64,000 nucleotides of DNA. Source: Verrucomicrobiota bacterium (GTDB taxonomy: Bacteria; Verrucomicrobiota; Verrucomicrobiia; Opitutales; Cerasicoccaceae). A program made the translations under genes and the position numbers. The stretch lies in NCBI GenBank assembly GCA_039818205.1, contig JBCBUK010000006.1:32001-96000 (forward strand), read 5' to 3'. Every line of letters starts with the position of its first letter. Positions within the stretch are counted from its first letter, which is position 1. The notes beneath the pieces are model-generated. The model worked only from the letters and a program-made list of their open reading frames with translations. It was not told where the DNA came from and did not search any database. Positions 50,031 to 59,432 of this stretch are shown piece after piece.

Positions 50031-50048
50031 CCATTTGGTAAGTTTTGT

Positions 50049-50672
50049 ATGCAATATCCCGTTTCAGAACATTTTGCATCCTTCCAAGGTGAAGGTATGC
50101 ATTTAGGTCGTTCATCCTATTTCATTCGGCTGTTTGGGTGTCCAGTTAAGTGCCCGTGGTGCGATTCTGCTGAAACTTGGCACCCTGATTTCAAGCCAAA
50201 AAGCGTTCCGCGCATGTCGGTAGAGGAATTGGCGACATTAGCAAACGCCGCCCAACCAGAGTTCGTTGTGATCACTGGCGGCGAGCCTGCCATTCATCGT
50301 TTGGAGCCACTGGTAGACGCATTTCACGGGGTCGGATTGCCAGTACACATCGAGACTAGCGGGACGTTTGCCATCCCCGAGAGTATCGATTGGGTAACCG
50401 TCAGCCCAAAGGTCTATCGAGATCCGCTGCCCGAACTCATTGAACGCGCCGACGAACTAAAACTCATTGTCGAGAATCCCGACTCAATAAAATATTGGGA
50501 AGACAAACTGGGGGACGGACTTCTGCGCGCCGATCGACCCGTGTGGCTTCATCCAGAGTGGTCACTGAGGGGTGAATTGAAGACCCTAAAGTTGATAGCC
50601 GATACCGTTAGTGGGCGCGGGGCACCTTTTCGGGCAGGCTGGCAACTGCACAAACTCTACCAGGTCCGGTAG
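50049..50672 (+). CDS. queE: 7-carboxy-7-deazaguanine synthase (radical SAM)
   Basis: F.SFQGEG, FIRLFGCPVKCPWCD, ITGGEP, IETSG, SPK, Q.HK. Confidence 0.93.
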   Translation: MQYPVSEHFASFQGEGMHLGRSSYFIRLFGCPVKCPWCDSAETWHPDFKPKSVPRMSVEELATLANAAQPEFVVITGGEPAIHRLEPLVDAFHGVGLPVHIETSGTFAIPESIDWVTVSPKVYRDPLPELIERADELKLIVENPDSIKYWEDKLGDGLLRADRPVWLHPEWSLRGELKTLKLIADTVSGRGAPFRAGWQLHKLYQVR

Positions 50673-50713
50673 AATTTGGTTAAATTAGGGTCTTTCCCTT
50701 TACGGGATTTTAA

Positions 50714-51085
50714 CTAGGCGAAATAGGGGGGGATTGGCCCTTCGTAGTCGTCTTGTGCATTCTCAGCGGTGAGGGTTGACCGAATGCCGCCGCGTCCGGT
50801 CCAAATCGTCTCAAGCCGCATCCAGCGCGGGTTTAAGAGCCCCCAAAGCTCGTCGAAAATGGCATTTGTCACGGCTTCGTAGAAGATGCCGCGATTGCGA
50901 AAATCCTGGAGATAGAGCTTGTAGGCCTTGAGCTCGACGCAGGATGCGCTGGGAACGTAGGTGAGCGCAATGGTCGCGAAATCGGGATGGCCGGTCTTCG
51001 GGCAAAGCGAGGTAAATTCCTCGGCAATGTGCTGGATGACGTAGTCGCGGCCTGGGTTTGGGTTGGGAAAAGTCTCAATTTCCAT
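50714..51085 (-). CDS. queF: preQ0 reductase, unimodular type
   Basis: EFTSLCPKTGHPDFA, ELK.YKLY, F.E, RGGI. Confidence 0.93.
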   Translation of the reverse strand: MEIETFPNPNPGRDYVIQHIAEEFTSLCPKTGHPDFATIALTYVPSASCVELKAYKLYLQDFRNRGIFYEAVTNAIFDELWGLLNPRWMRLETIWTGRGGIRSTLTAENAQDDYEGPIPPYFA

Positions 51086-51134
51086 GCGCAAGACTAGGTA
51101 CGCTTTCGGCGCGAATGCGAGCGGAAATCCCAGA

Positions 51135-51980
51135 TTAATCCGATTCGTTGCCGGGCTTGTCGATCGCCGGAGAAAATATCTCGGGCGGGAAGGATTCGAC
51201 TATCTCAACGGATTCTACCCGGAGTTCGGATTCGGGTTCTCCGGTGCGGAAATGCTTCACGTAATGCGCGATCTGGAGGCCGTCGATGTTGCGGAAATCG
51301 CTTAGCTCCGCTGTCGTGATCTTCACGTCGTTGCCGGAAAAATCGGTTTTGACCTCGCGTTCGATCAGCGCGGTTTCCGGATTTAGCCAGTACCGGATCA
51401 ACCCGCCGTCGGGGAGCTGTGCCTGGATCCCGATTAGGTCGCCAGGCTTCGTGTCTGAGCTTCCGGCCAAAGATAACTGCACGGGTTCGCGCTCCCGCTC
51501 AACGAGGTAGTTGAACATGATTGCATCGCGCTGCATCGTTTTTGACGGGCCGGGCGCCATCCACTCTGCATTTTCGGCATCAAATCCTGCGGGGAGCAGC
51601 CATCCCCGGCTGCCGTCAAAGCCTTGGACCATCAGGCCATTGGGGGTGGAAAGCTCCAGGCGGAAGTAATGCGGGCGCATCTTCTTCACGACGAACGGAT
51701 AGCTCTGCCCGTCGAGAGTGTAATTACCGCTTAGCGTTAGAGCCGTGACTTCCTCGGCATTGCGACCGCCCATTGTGGCCTGGGTATGTTTTTCCACGAG
51801 GGCATCGAGGGCTTCGCTGAATTCGCCTTCGAGACTCGCCCAGTTTTGCTCCTCGACTTCGATCGCATCCTCGAAGGCAGTCAGATCTCCAGGGACATAC
51901 ACGCTCAACGCGCTAAGCTGCACAGCGGCAGCGATGGCGATGTGGAGGGTCCAGGAGGCGGTTGTCAGCAACGAAGGCAT
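51135..51980 (-). CDS. Exported protein, LolA-like/outer-membrane lipoprotein-sorting-like fold
   Basis: Signal peptide; H..A.GG, RP..FR.E, Q.FDG..GW, YW....T....R, SDFR.IDG...A, ..F.P. Confidence 0.6.
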   Translation of the reverse strand: MPSLLTTASWTLHIAIAAAVQLSALSVYVPGDLTAFEDAIEVEEQNWASLEGEFSEALDALVEKHTQATMGGRNAEEVTALTLSGNYTLDGQSYPFVVKKMRPHYFRLELSTPNGLMVQGFDGSRGWLLPAGFDAENAEWMAPGPSKTMQRDAIMFNYLVEREREPVQLSLAGSSDTKPGDLIGIQAQLPDGGLIRYWLNPETALIEREVKTDFSGNDVKITTAELSDFRNIDGLQIAHYVKHFRTGEPESELRVESVEIVESFPPEIFSPAIDKPGNESD

Positions 51981-51990
51981 CGTTCGAGCT

Positions 51991-52023
51991 AATAAAAAGC
52001 CTTCCCCGCAAGCAGGGAAGGCT
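51991..52023 (-). terminator. Rho-independent terminator after the PEP-CTERM gene
   Basis: AGCCTTCCC/GGGAAGGCT stem followed on the minus strand by TTTTATT. Confidence 0.8.
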
Positions 52024-52047
52024 GAAAAGAAATTATATGTCTCCAGA

Positions 52048-52665
52048 CTAGCTGCGACGACGCTTGCGAGCGACGTAGAGCATAGCGCTCAAGCCGAACA
52101 ATGCTGCGTAGAAGCTCGGCTCTGGAACGGCAGCTACGGTAAAGCCAGCTGTGAGTGGCGAGATTGCGAGCGGACGGACATTAACTCCTACACCAGATGA
52201 TGGGACAGTCATGTTAGCTCCACCATCGCCCGCCAGCCCATATATCGAGCCCGTATTCGCGTTTCCCTCTGGAAACCAAATTCCACGAAATTCTTGGCCT
52301 TCGGAAATGTTTGTCAGAGCAATATCGGAAACAATATTAATCGCACCTGCGATAGGAGGACCGAGATTCTCCGTTTGCGGAGGGGTTTGTGCAGCACCCT
52401 GGGTGCCGCCGTAGACGAACCAATCGTTAGTGACACCGCTAGCGGTAGAGAGGAACTGGCCATTCGTCGTAATATCCCATGTGATGTAGCTGTCGGTTTC
52501 AAATCCGTCACCACCAGTATCGACCAAAAAACCAAATGGCATACCGTTAGTGGCTACTCCGGCTCCATTCTCGAGACCAGCGCGTTGAACATTGAAAGAG
52601 ACCTGGGCGTTCAAGGAAAAGCCCGCGCCCGCTACCGTACAAATTAATAGAATCTTCTTAATCAT
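52048..52665 (-). CDS. PEP-CTERM sorting-domain surface protein
   Basis: Signal peptide; C-terminal AVPEPSFYAALFGLSAMLYVARKRRRS. Alternative ATG at 52695 overlaps the upstream stop (TAATG). Confidence 0.92.
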   Translation of the reverse strand: MIKKILLICTVAGAGFSLNAQVSFNVQRAGLENGAGVATNGMPFGFLVDTGGDGFETDSYITWDITTNGQFLSTASGVTNDWFVYGGTQGAAQTPPQTENLGPPIAGAINIVSDIALTNISEGQEFRGIWFPEGNANTGSIYGLAGDGGANMTVPSSGVGVNVRPLAISPLTAGFTVAAVPEPSFYAALFGLSAMLYVARKRRRS

Positions 52666-52694
52666 TGCAGCAGAATATAAGTGAGAGAAATGCA

Positions 52695-53714
52695 TTATTG
52701 GAGGTAAGTTGGTAGATAGACCCAGTCTTGCGAGTCAAGAGCGCCGCCGGTTGCAGGCTTGCGAATAATGTATGCGTCACCTGCGCGCAGCTCAGTCGAG
52801 TCTGCAGGAGTTCCTGAATTGAACCAGCCGAATCCTTCGAAATAGGTGTAAACCGTTGGCTGCTTGAAATAGCCCGTGGCGTCATTGTTATAAGCAAGCA
52901 ATTCTATGCCATCAACTACTGCCAATCCCGAATTCGCCAATGTAGTATCGATTGGCGAATAAACACCGTAGTGTAAGTCATTTGTATTGGTGTCTGACGC
53001 CAATACCTGTCTGTTTTGGAACATCGGAACCGCCCCAGATACGGTCATGTTGAAACTTGCGCTCATTGGCGGTGTGCGCACTAAAATTCCTTGGCCTAGC
53101 TCAAGCAAAGTGTCATCGGCCGGGCTGCCAGAATTAAACCAGCCAAAGCCCTCGAAATAGGTCAATACTGTTGGTTGCTTGAACGCACCGATTGCAGAGT
53201 TATTATAAAGTAGCAGTTCGATACCGTCAGGGATTGTTGAGCCAGCAAACAAAGTCGCGGGAGTCCAGTAAGGGATGATTTGGAAGATGTCGCCCAAGCC
53301 AGCGCCGTCGGCGACTTCCGTTTGAACCGTTGCTAGCGAGCCGCCGTCCAAATCGAGAGTCACGGTGTCGGAACCGCTCGCGGTGATTTCGAAGTATGCA
53401 CCTTCAAGAGCGCCAGACAAGAAAACCAGGTAATAGGTGTTGGCTGGGTTCGAGGAGTCGACATCGCCATAGACGAAGCGGCCATCGGCCCAGTCTGGAG
53501 AGCCCAGAGCGGTAACGACATTCGAGGAAATGGAGTTTACCTTGCCCTCGAACGCGACTGCGCGGCTGAAGGGAACTGAAATTCGAGTGTCAGATTCGCC
53601 GTTGATTGGAATGACGATGCCACCCAAAGGATCTGTCGTGGCGGCTTGTACGCTAATGGCTGCTGCCGATACCAAGGCGAAGGTTGCGAATTTGCGGAAA
53701 GACTTAAGTTTCAT
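52695..53714 (-). CDS. TIGR02597-family exported protein with internal duplication
   Basis: Signal peptide, TDPLG, SDT.ISVPF.R, YY.....G..EG, IIPYWT..TLF, SGAVP. Confidence 0.75.
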   Translation of the reverse strand: MKLKSFRKFATFALVSAAAISVQAATTDPLGGIVIPINGESDTRISVPFSRAVAFEGKVNSISSNVVTALGSPDWADGRFVYGDVDSSNPANTYYLVFLSGALEGAYFEITASGSDTVTLDLDGGSLATVQTEVADGAGLGDIFQIIPYWTPATLFAGSTIPDGIELLLYNNSAIGAFKQPTVLTYFEGFGWFNSGSPADDTLLELGQGILVRTPPMSASFNMTVSGAVPMFQNRQVLASDTNTNDLHYGVYSPIDTTLANSGLAVVDGIELLAYNNDATGYFKQPTVYTYFEGFGWFNSGTPADSTELRAGDAYIIRKPATGGALDSQDWVYLPTYLQ

Positions 53715-53947
53715 GGTAAGTGGGAGATAGAATGAAGTGAATAACCCTTATCAAATCAAGGCTATATTAGCATTAATGGGTTTTCTTGGAATGAATAAAT
53801 TAGTTCTAGCGGGGAATTTACGCCTCTTTTACGCATTTGCTAACAATTTCCTAATGGTTGGCCGTATCATGGGCATTTTTGTCGCAATTTGGTCAGAATC
53901 AACGCTTTCTTATTTATAATGAAATTAAATCTCAAATTAGATTGATT

Positions 53948-53964
53948 TTTGGAATCATTCCAAT
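53948..53964 (+). promoter_or_regulatory. 7-1-7 palindromic operator (Irr ICE/PerR-box-like) ending 13 nt before the Fur-family gene
   Basis: tTTGGAAT-C-ATTCCAAt. Confidence 0.7.
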
Positions 53965-53977
53965 TTACTGCTATTTC

Positions 53978-54424
53978 ATGATCACTCTCCCAGCCAAAGC
54001 CAAGGAAGCCCTCGACCAAGCCCTCGCGAAAGGTGGGATGCGCTCGACGCGGCAACGGGAGCAGATTTACGCCGTTTTGCTTAAGAAGCGCGACCATCCT
54101 AGCGCGGACGAAGTCTATTCTCGCGCGAAAGAGGTAATGCCAACCATCTCACTGGCAACGGTTTACAACTGCCTCGAGACTTTGGTCGATTGCGGCCTTA
54201 TCAAAAAGCTCAATTACGAGCGTGAACCGAGTCGTTTTTGCCCGAATGACGGCGAGCACGCCCACTTCCTGGATGAAGCCAACGGTCGGGTTTACGACAT
54301 TTTGCTCCCGCCCGAGTTTCACGACACCATTCGTAACATTTTGCCCGAAGGATTTGAGGCCAAAAAGGTCAAGTTGTCCTTCACGGGGTATGCTCCGAAG
54401 AACATCGATTCCAACGTCATCTAA
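53978..54424 (+). CDS. Fur-family regulator (Irr/PerR-like)
   Basis: R.TRQR..I, DHPSADEVY, ISLATVYN.L, HAHF.DE..G...DI; no CxxC motifs. Confidence 0.9.
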   Translation: MITLPAKAKEALDQALAKGGMRSTRQREQIYAVLLKKRDHPSADEVYSRAKEVMPTISLATVYNCLETLVDCGLIKKLNYEREPSRFCPNDGEHAHFLDEANGRVYDILLPPEFHDTIRNILPEGFEAKKVKLSFTGYAPKNIDSNVI

Positions 54425-54448
54425 TAAAAATTTCTTTCAATCCAACCT

Positions 54449-55207
54449 ATGTCACTCGTAATTAATAACTTGAACGTCGGCATCGAAGACAAGCCGATCC
54501 TCAAAGATTTCTCATTGGAAATTCCAGCCGGTGAGGTCCACGCCATCATGGGGCCAAATGGCACTGGTAAAAGTACACTCGCGAAGGCTTTGGCCGGACA
54601 CGAGGATTATGAAATTAGCTCGGGTGAGGCGTTGTTCGACGGCGAGGACATCGTCGATATGGAGCCGGACGAAATCGCACGTCTCGGTTTGTTCATCGCT
54701 TTCCAATATCCGATTGAGATCCCTGGCGTGACGATTGCCAATTTTATCCGCGCAGCCTTGCAGGCGCGTCTCCCCGAAGGTGAGAAGGTCGTTGCCACGG
54801 AGTACTATAAGACGCTCCGTGCGACTATGGATGAGCTCAAGATCGACCGCAGCTTCTCCTCCCGCTCGATTAACGACGGTTTTTCCGGTGGTGAAAAGAA
54901 GCGTTGCGAGATCCTGCAAATGAAGATGCTCGATCCCAAATACGTGATCATGGACGAGACGGATTCAGGTCTTGATATTGACGCGCTTAAAATCGTCGCC
55001 GAAGGCGTCAACAATATGCGCTCACCCGATCGTGGCTTCCTGGTGATCACTCACTACCAGCGCTTGCTCGAATACATCGTCCCCGATGTGGTCCACGTCA
55101 TGTATGATGGGCGTATCGTCAAGACCGGCGGCAAGGAACTTGCTCTCGAACTCGAGGCCAAGGGCTACGACTGGGTCAAGGAAGAGCTGGCACCGGCAGG
55201 TGCCTAG
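54449..55207 (+). CDS. sufC: Fe-S assembly ATPase SufC
   Basis: [56 protein letters not shown]. Confidence 0.97.
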   Translation: MSLVINNLNVGIEDKPILKDFSLEIPAGEVHAIMGPNGTGKSTLAKALAGHEDYEISSGEALFDGEDIVDMEPDEIARLGLFIAFQYPIEIPGVTIANFIRAALQARLPEGEKVVATEYYKTLRATMDELKIDRSFSSRSINDGFSGGEKKRCEILQMKMLDPKYVIMDETDSGLDIDALKIVAEGVNNMRSPDRGFLVITHYQRLLEYIVPDVVHVMYDGRIVKTGGKELALELEAKGYDWVKEELAPAGA

Positions 55208-55257
55208 CCGCCTCCAATTGCTTTTATATACACACGAACCGTTAACGCTGCAATCCG

Positions 55258-56268
55258 ATGAATATCCAAGCTTACGCTGCCAATGAAGCCAAAGGAGACA
55301 TTGCCCCTTTTTCATATGAGTCGGGAGAACTTCGCCACGACGATGTTCTAATTGAAGTCGAGAACTGTGGTATTTGCCATAGCGACCTTTCAATGCTGAA
55401 CAACGATTGGGGAAATTCGATGTTTCCATTGGTCGCGGGCCATGAAGCGATCGGAAAAATTGTCGAGAAAGGCGCAGGTGTTGATCACCTTCAGTTGGGG
55501 CAACGCGTTGGCCTGGGCTGGTTTTCAGGTTCGTGCATGCACTGTTCGGAATGTATGTCTGGGCACCATAACCGCTGCGGCACGGCTGAACAAACCGTTG
55601 TCGGTCGCCATGGCGGTTTCGGCAGCCACGTTGTCAGCAAAAAGGAATGGGCAGTGCCACTGCCGGACTCGTTAGATTTTGCCAAGGCGGGTCCGCTGTT
55701 CTGTGGTGGATTGACGGTTTTCAATCCATTTGTGCAGAATGACATCAGCCCAATGGATCGTGTCGGCGTTATTGGGATTGGTGGCCTTGGCCACTTGGCA
55801 TTGCAGTTTGGCAACGCGTGGGGTTGCGAGGTCACCGCGTTCTCAACCTCGGCGGACAAAGAACCTGAAGCCCGTGAAATGGGCGCCCATCACTTCGTGA
55901 GCACAGGCGACGCCGATGCCCTGGCACAGATTGCTGGGACCCTGGACATGGTCCTGGTTACGGTGAACGTCGGTCTCGATTGGGGCGCCTACATTAACAC
56001 GTTGAAACCGGGCGGTAAGCTACACTTTGTTGGCGCGGCGCCACCCGCTGAGTTTACCCCGTTCCAACTGATCATGGGGCAGCGCTCTATTACGGCGACT
56101 CCGGTAGGTAGCCCGGTAACCGCTGGTCGCATGATTGAGTTCTGCGCACGCCATGAAATCAGCCCGGTAACGGAACACTTTCCCATGTCGAATATCAACG
56201 ACGCCTTCGAACACTTGAAATCCGGTAAGGCGCGTTATCGCATCGTCCTCGATGCCGACTTCAATTAA
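55258..56268 (+). CDS. Zinc-dependent NAD(P)H alcohol dehydrogenase/aldehyde reductase (Ahr/YjgB-like)
   Basis: CGICHSD, GHE, C..C..C.......C, GIGGLGH, G.ARYR.VL. Confidence 0.92.
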   Translation: MNIQAYAANEAKGDIAPFSYESGELRHDDVLIEVENCGICHSDLSMLNNDWGNSMFPLVAGHEAIGKIVEKGAGVDHLQLGQRVGLGWFSGSCMHCSECMSGHHNRCGTAEQTVVGRHGGFGSHVVSKKEWAVPLPDSLDFAKAGPLFCGGLTVFNPFVQNDISPMDRVGVIGIGGLGHLALQFGNAWGCEVTAFSTSADKEPEAREMGAHHFVSTGDADALAQIAGTLDMVLVTVNVGLDWGAYINTLKPGGKLHFVGAAPPAEFTPFQLIMGQRSITATPVGSPVTAGRMIEFCARHEISPVTEHFPMSNINDAFEHLKSGKARYRIVLDADFN

Positions 56269-56291
56269 AATCATCTAAGTAGGAGCAAATC

Positions 56292-57701
56292 ATGAGCACC
56301 ACCGCACCCGAGATCGAAATCGATCGCAGCAAAGGCGATTTTTCTTACGCCGAAGACTATAAGTATGATGCCGGCATTGGCCTTTCGCCGGATACGATTG
56401 ACTATATTTCCAACGTTAAGGGCGAAGAGTCCTGGGTTAACGAGTTCCGCCAAAAGGCGTTGAAGATTTTCCAGGACAAGCCAATGCCCACGCATTGGGC
56501 CAGTCAGGACCTGGACACGATCAAGTTTGACGATGTCCGCTATTATTTGTCCAAGGGTCAAAAGCCATCGCGCACTTGGGATGAAGTGCCAGACGATGTG
56601 AAGGAAACCTTCGAGCGTCTTGGTATTCCCGAGCAGGAGCGTGCCTTCTTGGCGGGTGTTGAGGCTCAGTTTGATTCCGAAGCGGCTTACTCACGCATGA
56701 AGGAGGACTTGGAGAAGTTGGGCGTCATCTTTGTGGGGCCACACGAAGGCCTGCACGAGCATCCTGAGCTCTTCAAACGTTTCTTCGGTAAGGTCATTCC
56801 AATTGGCGACAACAAGTTCTCGGCCTTGAATAGCGCTTGTTTCTCTGGCGGTAGCTTTATCTACGTGCCCAAGGGCGTGAAGGTTGCTCAGCCGCTGCAG
56901 GCGTATTTCCGGATCAACGCGGAAAACTTCGGCCAGTTCGAGCGGACTTTGATCATTGCCGATGAGGGTTCGGAAGTTACCTACATGGAGGGCTGTACTG
57001 CGCCAAAATTTGAAACCGCAACCCTCCACGCCGCGGTCGTTGAGCTCGTCGCGCTGAAGGGTGCGAAGATTCAATACATCACGGTTCAGAATTGGTCGAA
57101 CAACGTATTCAATTTGGTGACCAAGCGTGGAATGGCCGAAGAGGATGCCGAGATTCGCTGGATCGATTGCAACATCGGTAGCCGTTTGACCATGAAGTAC
57201 CCCGGTGTCATCCTGAAGGGTGAGCGTGCGCGGGGAGAGGTCTTGTCGATTGCCTTGGCTAACGATGGGCAGCACCAGGACACCGGTGCGAAGATGATCC
57301 ACGCTGCACCGAATACGACTTCGAACATCATCGCGAAATCCATTTCTATCGGCGAGGGTCGGAGCACTTACCGTGGCCAGGTCCACATTCCCAAGCGTTT
57401 GTCGAACTGCAAGAACAACACCGAGTGTGATGCCTTGCTGATTAACACGAACTCGCGAACCGATACCTACCCGGCAATTACCGTTCGGGGCGATCACAAT
57501 TCCGTTCAGCACGAAGCCAGCGTATCTAAGGTGAGCGCCGAGCAGATCTTCTACATGCAGCAGCGTGGACTCGAAGAAGCGCAGGCGATGAGCTTAGCCG
57601 TGAATGGCTTCGTCAATGACCTCGTTCGCGAATTTCCGATGGAGTATTCCGTCGAGTTGAAGCGATTGATCGACCTCGAGATGGAAGGTTCCGTCGGTTA
57701 A
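56292..57701 (+). CDS. sufB: Fe-S assembly scaffold SufB
   Basis: [50 protein letters not shown] upstream. Confidence 0.97.
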   Translation: MSTTAPEIEIDRSKGDFSYAEDYKYDAGIGLSPDTIDYISNVKGEESWVNEFRQKALKIFQDKPMPTHWASQDLDTIKFDDVRYYLSKGQKPSRTWDEVPDDVKETFERLGIPEQERAFLAGVEAQFDSEAAYSRMKEDLEKLGVIFVGPHEGLHEHPELFKRFFGKVIPIGDNKFSALNSACFSGGSFIYVPKGVKVAQPLQAYFRINAENFGQFERTLIIADEGSEVTYMEGCTAPKFETATLHAAVVELVALKGAKIQYITVQNWSNNVFNLVTKRGMAEEDAEIRWIDCNIGSRLTMKYPGVILKGERARGEVLSIALANDGQHQDTGAKMIHAAPNTTSNIIAKSISIGEGRSTYRGQVHIPKRLSNCKNNTECDALLINTNSRTDTYPAITVRGDHNSVQHEASVSKVSAEQIFYMQQRGLEEAQAMSLAVNGFVNDLVREFPMEYSVELKRLIDLEMEGSVG

Positions 57702-57747
57702 GGTTTATTCACTGAAATTATTAACGCATACCAATTATTCCCCGATT

Positions 57748-57963
57748 ATGGACAAAAATAATGTTGAGAAATTACTGAAGGCCGAGCCATTCAAACCGTT
57801 TTGTTTCGTCCTGCCCAAGGGTAGGAAAGTATGCGTTTCTGATCCAGAATGTGCGGACATTCCCAACAAGGGTAACAACCTGGTGGTTTGGGAAGCCGAG
57901 CAAGAAGCCTACTCAATCGTGAGCTTACCCCACGTTGACCGCATTGAGCCGCAAGCCGTTTAA
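57748..57963 (+). CDS. Small hypothetical protein
   Basis: LL.AEPFKPF...L..GR...V..PE pattern, which I recall from PVC-group small proteins (not searched). Confidence 0.65.
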   Translation: MDKNNVEKLLKAEPFKPFCFVLPKGRKVCVSDPECADIPNKGNNLVVWEAEQEAYSIVSLPHVDRIEPQAV

Positions 57964-58017
57964 TTTCACATCAATTTTGGACCAATGAGATTGGTCCAAC
58001 CTGCATCTAACCTTTTT

Positions 58018-59349
58018 ATGTCCCTAGCAACGCCAACCTTGAGCAAGAAATTTAGCGAAGAGAACTTCCGCAATCACCTGGAGCAATTCTGGCCTGACGC
58101 CGAATGGGTTCAGCAGGTGAAGCAGGAGAACTGGCAGCGCTACCTCGAGCTCCCAGAGCCAACGCGCAACGATGAACGCTACCGCTTCACCGACCTGAAG
58201 AAGGTGACGCTAGATGACTTTCGCGCGGCTCAAGAACCCGATGAGGACAAGAAGAAGTTCGCGGTGGAGTCGTCGAACCTTGTCGCTGATCCTGCGGGTA
58301 AGCTGGTCTTTAGTGACAACTTTCTTGTTGAATTCAAAGGACTTGATGAGGAGCTCGTGAAGCAAGGCGTCATTTGGATGCCGCTTCAACAGGCTGCCGT
58401 TGAGCATCCGGAATTGGTGCAAAAGTATTTCTCCGAGGAAGAGCAGATGCTGGGTTCGGAAAAGCTCTTGGCTTTGCACAATGCCTTCTTCCACGGCGGT
58501 AGTTTCCTCTATGTGCCCAAGGGTGTCGTTATCGAGAAGCCAATCTGCGCCTACTACTGGTCCGTAGATTGCCATGAGGCGATTTTCCCGCACACGCTCC
58601 TGGTTGTGGAGGACAATGCCAAAGTCGATTTCTTTGATTACTATGGCTCCCTCGATGGTTGCTGCCCATCCTTGTCCTGTGGGGTCGGAACGATCTATGC
58701 GGGGCAGGGGGCACAGGTCTTCCGCAAAATCGTTCAGAATTTTAATGAAGACGCGCGCTCTATTCAACTGGAGTCAAACATCGCCAGCCGGGATAGTCAG
58801 GTGAAGACAATCGCCGTTAACGTTGGCTCGGCTTATGCGCGATTGCAAAACCACACTCGCATTGTCGGAGCTGGTGCCGATGTGAAAATGTATGGCCTCA
58901 CGGTTGCGCGTGGTGAGCAGGAATTTGACCAACGTACTTTGCAGATCCACGAGGCGCCTCACGCAACGAGTGACTTGCTCTTCAAGAATGTGTTGTTGGA
59001 TAATGCTCGGACGATTTTCTCCGGCCTGATCAAGGTCGATAAGGATGCCCAACAAACCGACGCTTACCAAACCAACCGCAATCTTTTGCTATCCAAGACT
59101 GCTGAAGCGAATAGCTTGCCCGGCTTGGAGATTGAGGCGAACGACGTGAAGTGTTCGCATGGTGCCACCACCGGCCAAGTCGATCAGAGTGAACTCTTTT
59201 ATCTGATGAGCCGCGGTATCCCGAAGAGCAAAGCGTATGAGCTTCTCGTTTATGGATTCTTCGAAGAGATCGTGGAGAAGATCAACAACGAAGAGCTCCG
59301 CGAGAACGTTCGCAAATTGGTGCAAAGTCAGTTCCAAGTCGCTTCTTAG
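58018..59349 (+). CDS. sufD: Fe-S assembly protein SufD
   Basis: E.YR.T, F.G.I.V...AQ.TDAYQ.NRNLLL, P.LEI.A.DVKCSHGAT, FYL.SRGI. Confidence 0.95.
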   Translation: MSLATPTLSKKFSEENFRNHLEQFWPDAEWVQQVKQENWQRYLELPEPTRNDERYRFTDLKKVTLDDFRAAQEPDEDKKKFAVESSNLVADPAGKLVFSDNFLVEFKGLDEELVKQGVIWMPLQQAAVEHPELVQKYFSEEEQMLGSEKLLALHNAFFHGGSFLYVPKGVVIEKPICAYYWSVDCHEAIFPHTLLVVEDNAKVDFFDYYGSLDGCCPSLSCGVGTIYAGQGAQVFRKIVQNFNEDARSIQLESNIASRDSQVKTIAVNVGSAYARLQNHTRIVGAGADVKMYGLTVARGEQEFDQRTLQIHEAPHATSDLLFKNVLLDNARTIFSGLIKVDKDAQQTDAYQTNRNLLLSKTAEANSLPGLEIEANDVKCSHGATTGQVDQSELFYLMSRGIPKSKAYELLVYGFFEEIVEKINNEELRENVRKLVQSQFQVAS

Positions 59350-59432
59350 TTCGCGATTATCAGCAAACGGTTTTCACCGTTTGTGTGCATTCAAGGTTGT
59401 CAATCTAGGCGGTATTACCTACTAATACCGGC

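Noticed and set aside
48318..51085. Dpd-type 7-deazaguanine DNA modification/defence island
   Set aside because: No dpdA/tgt-like, dpdB-K or restriction genes in the window; queF points to ordinary tRNA queuosine synthesis.
56292..57701. Intein in SufB
   Set aside because: 469 aa is normal length, with no splicing motifs or insertion.
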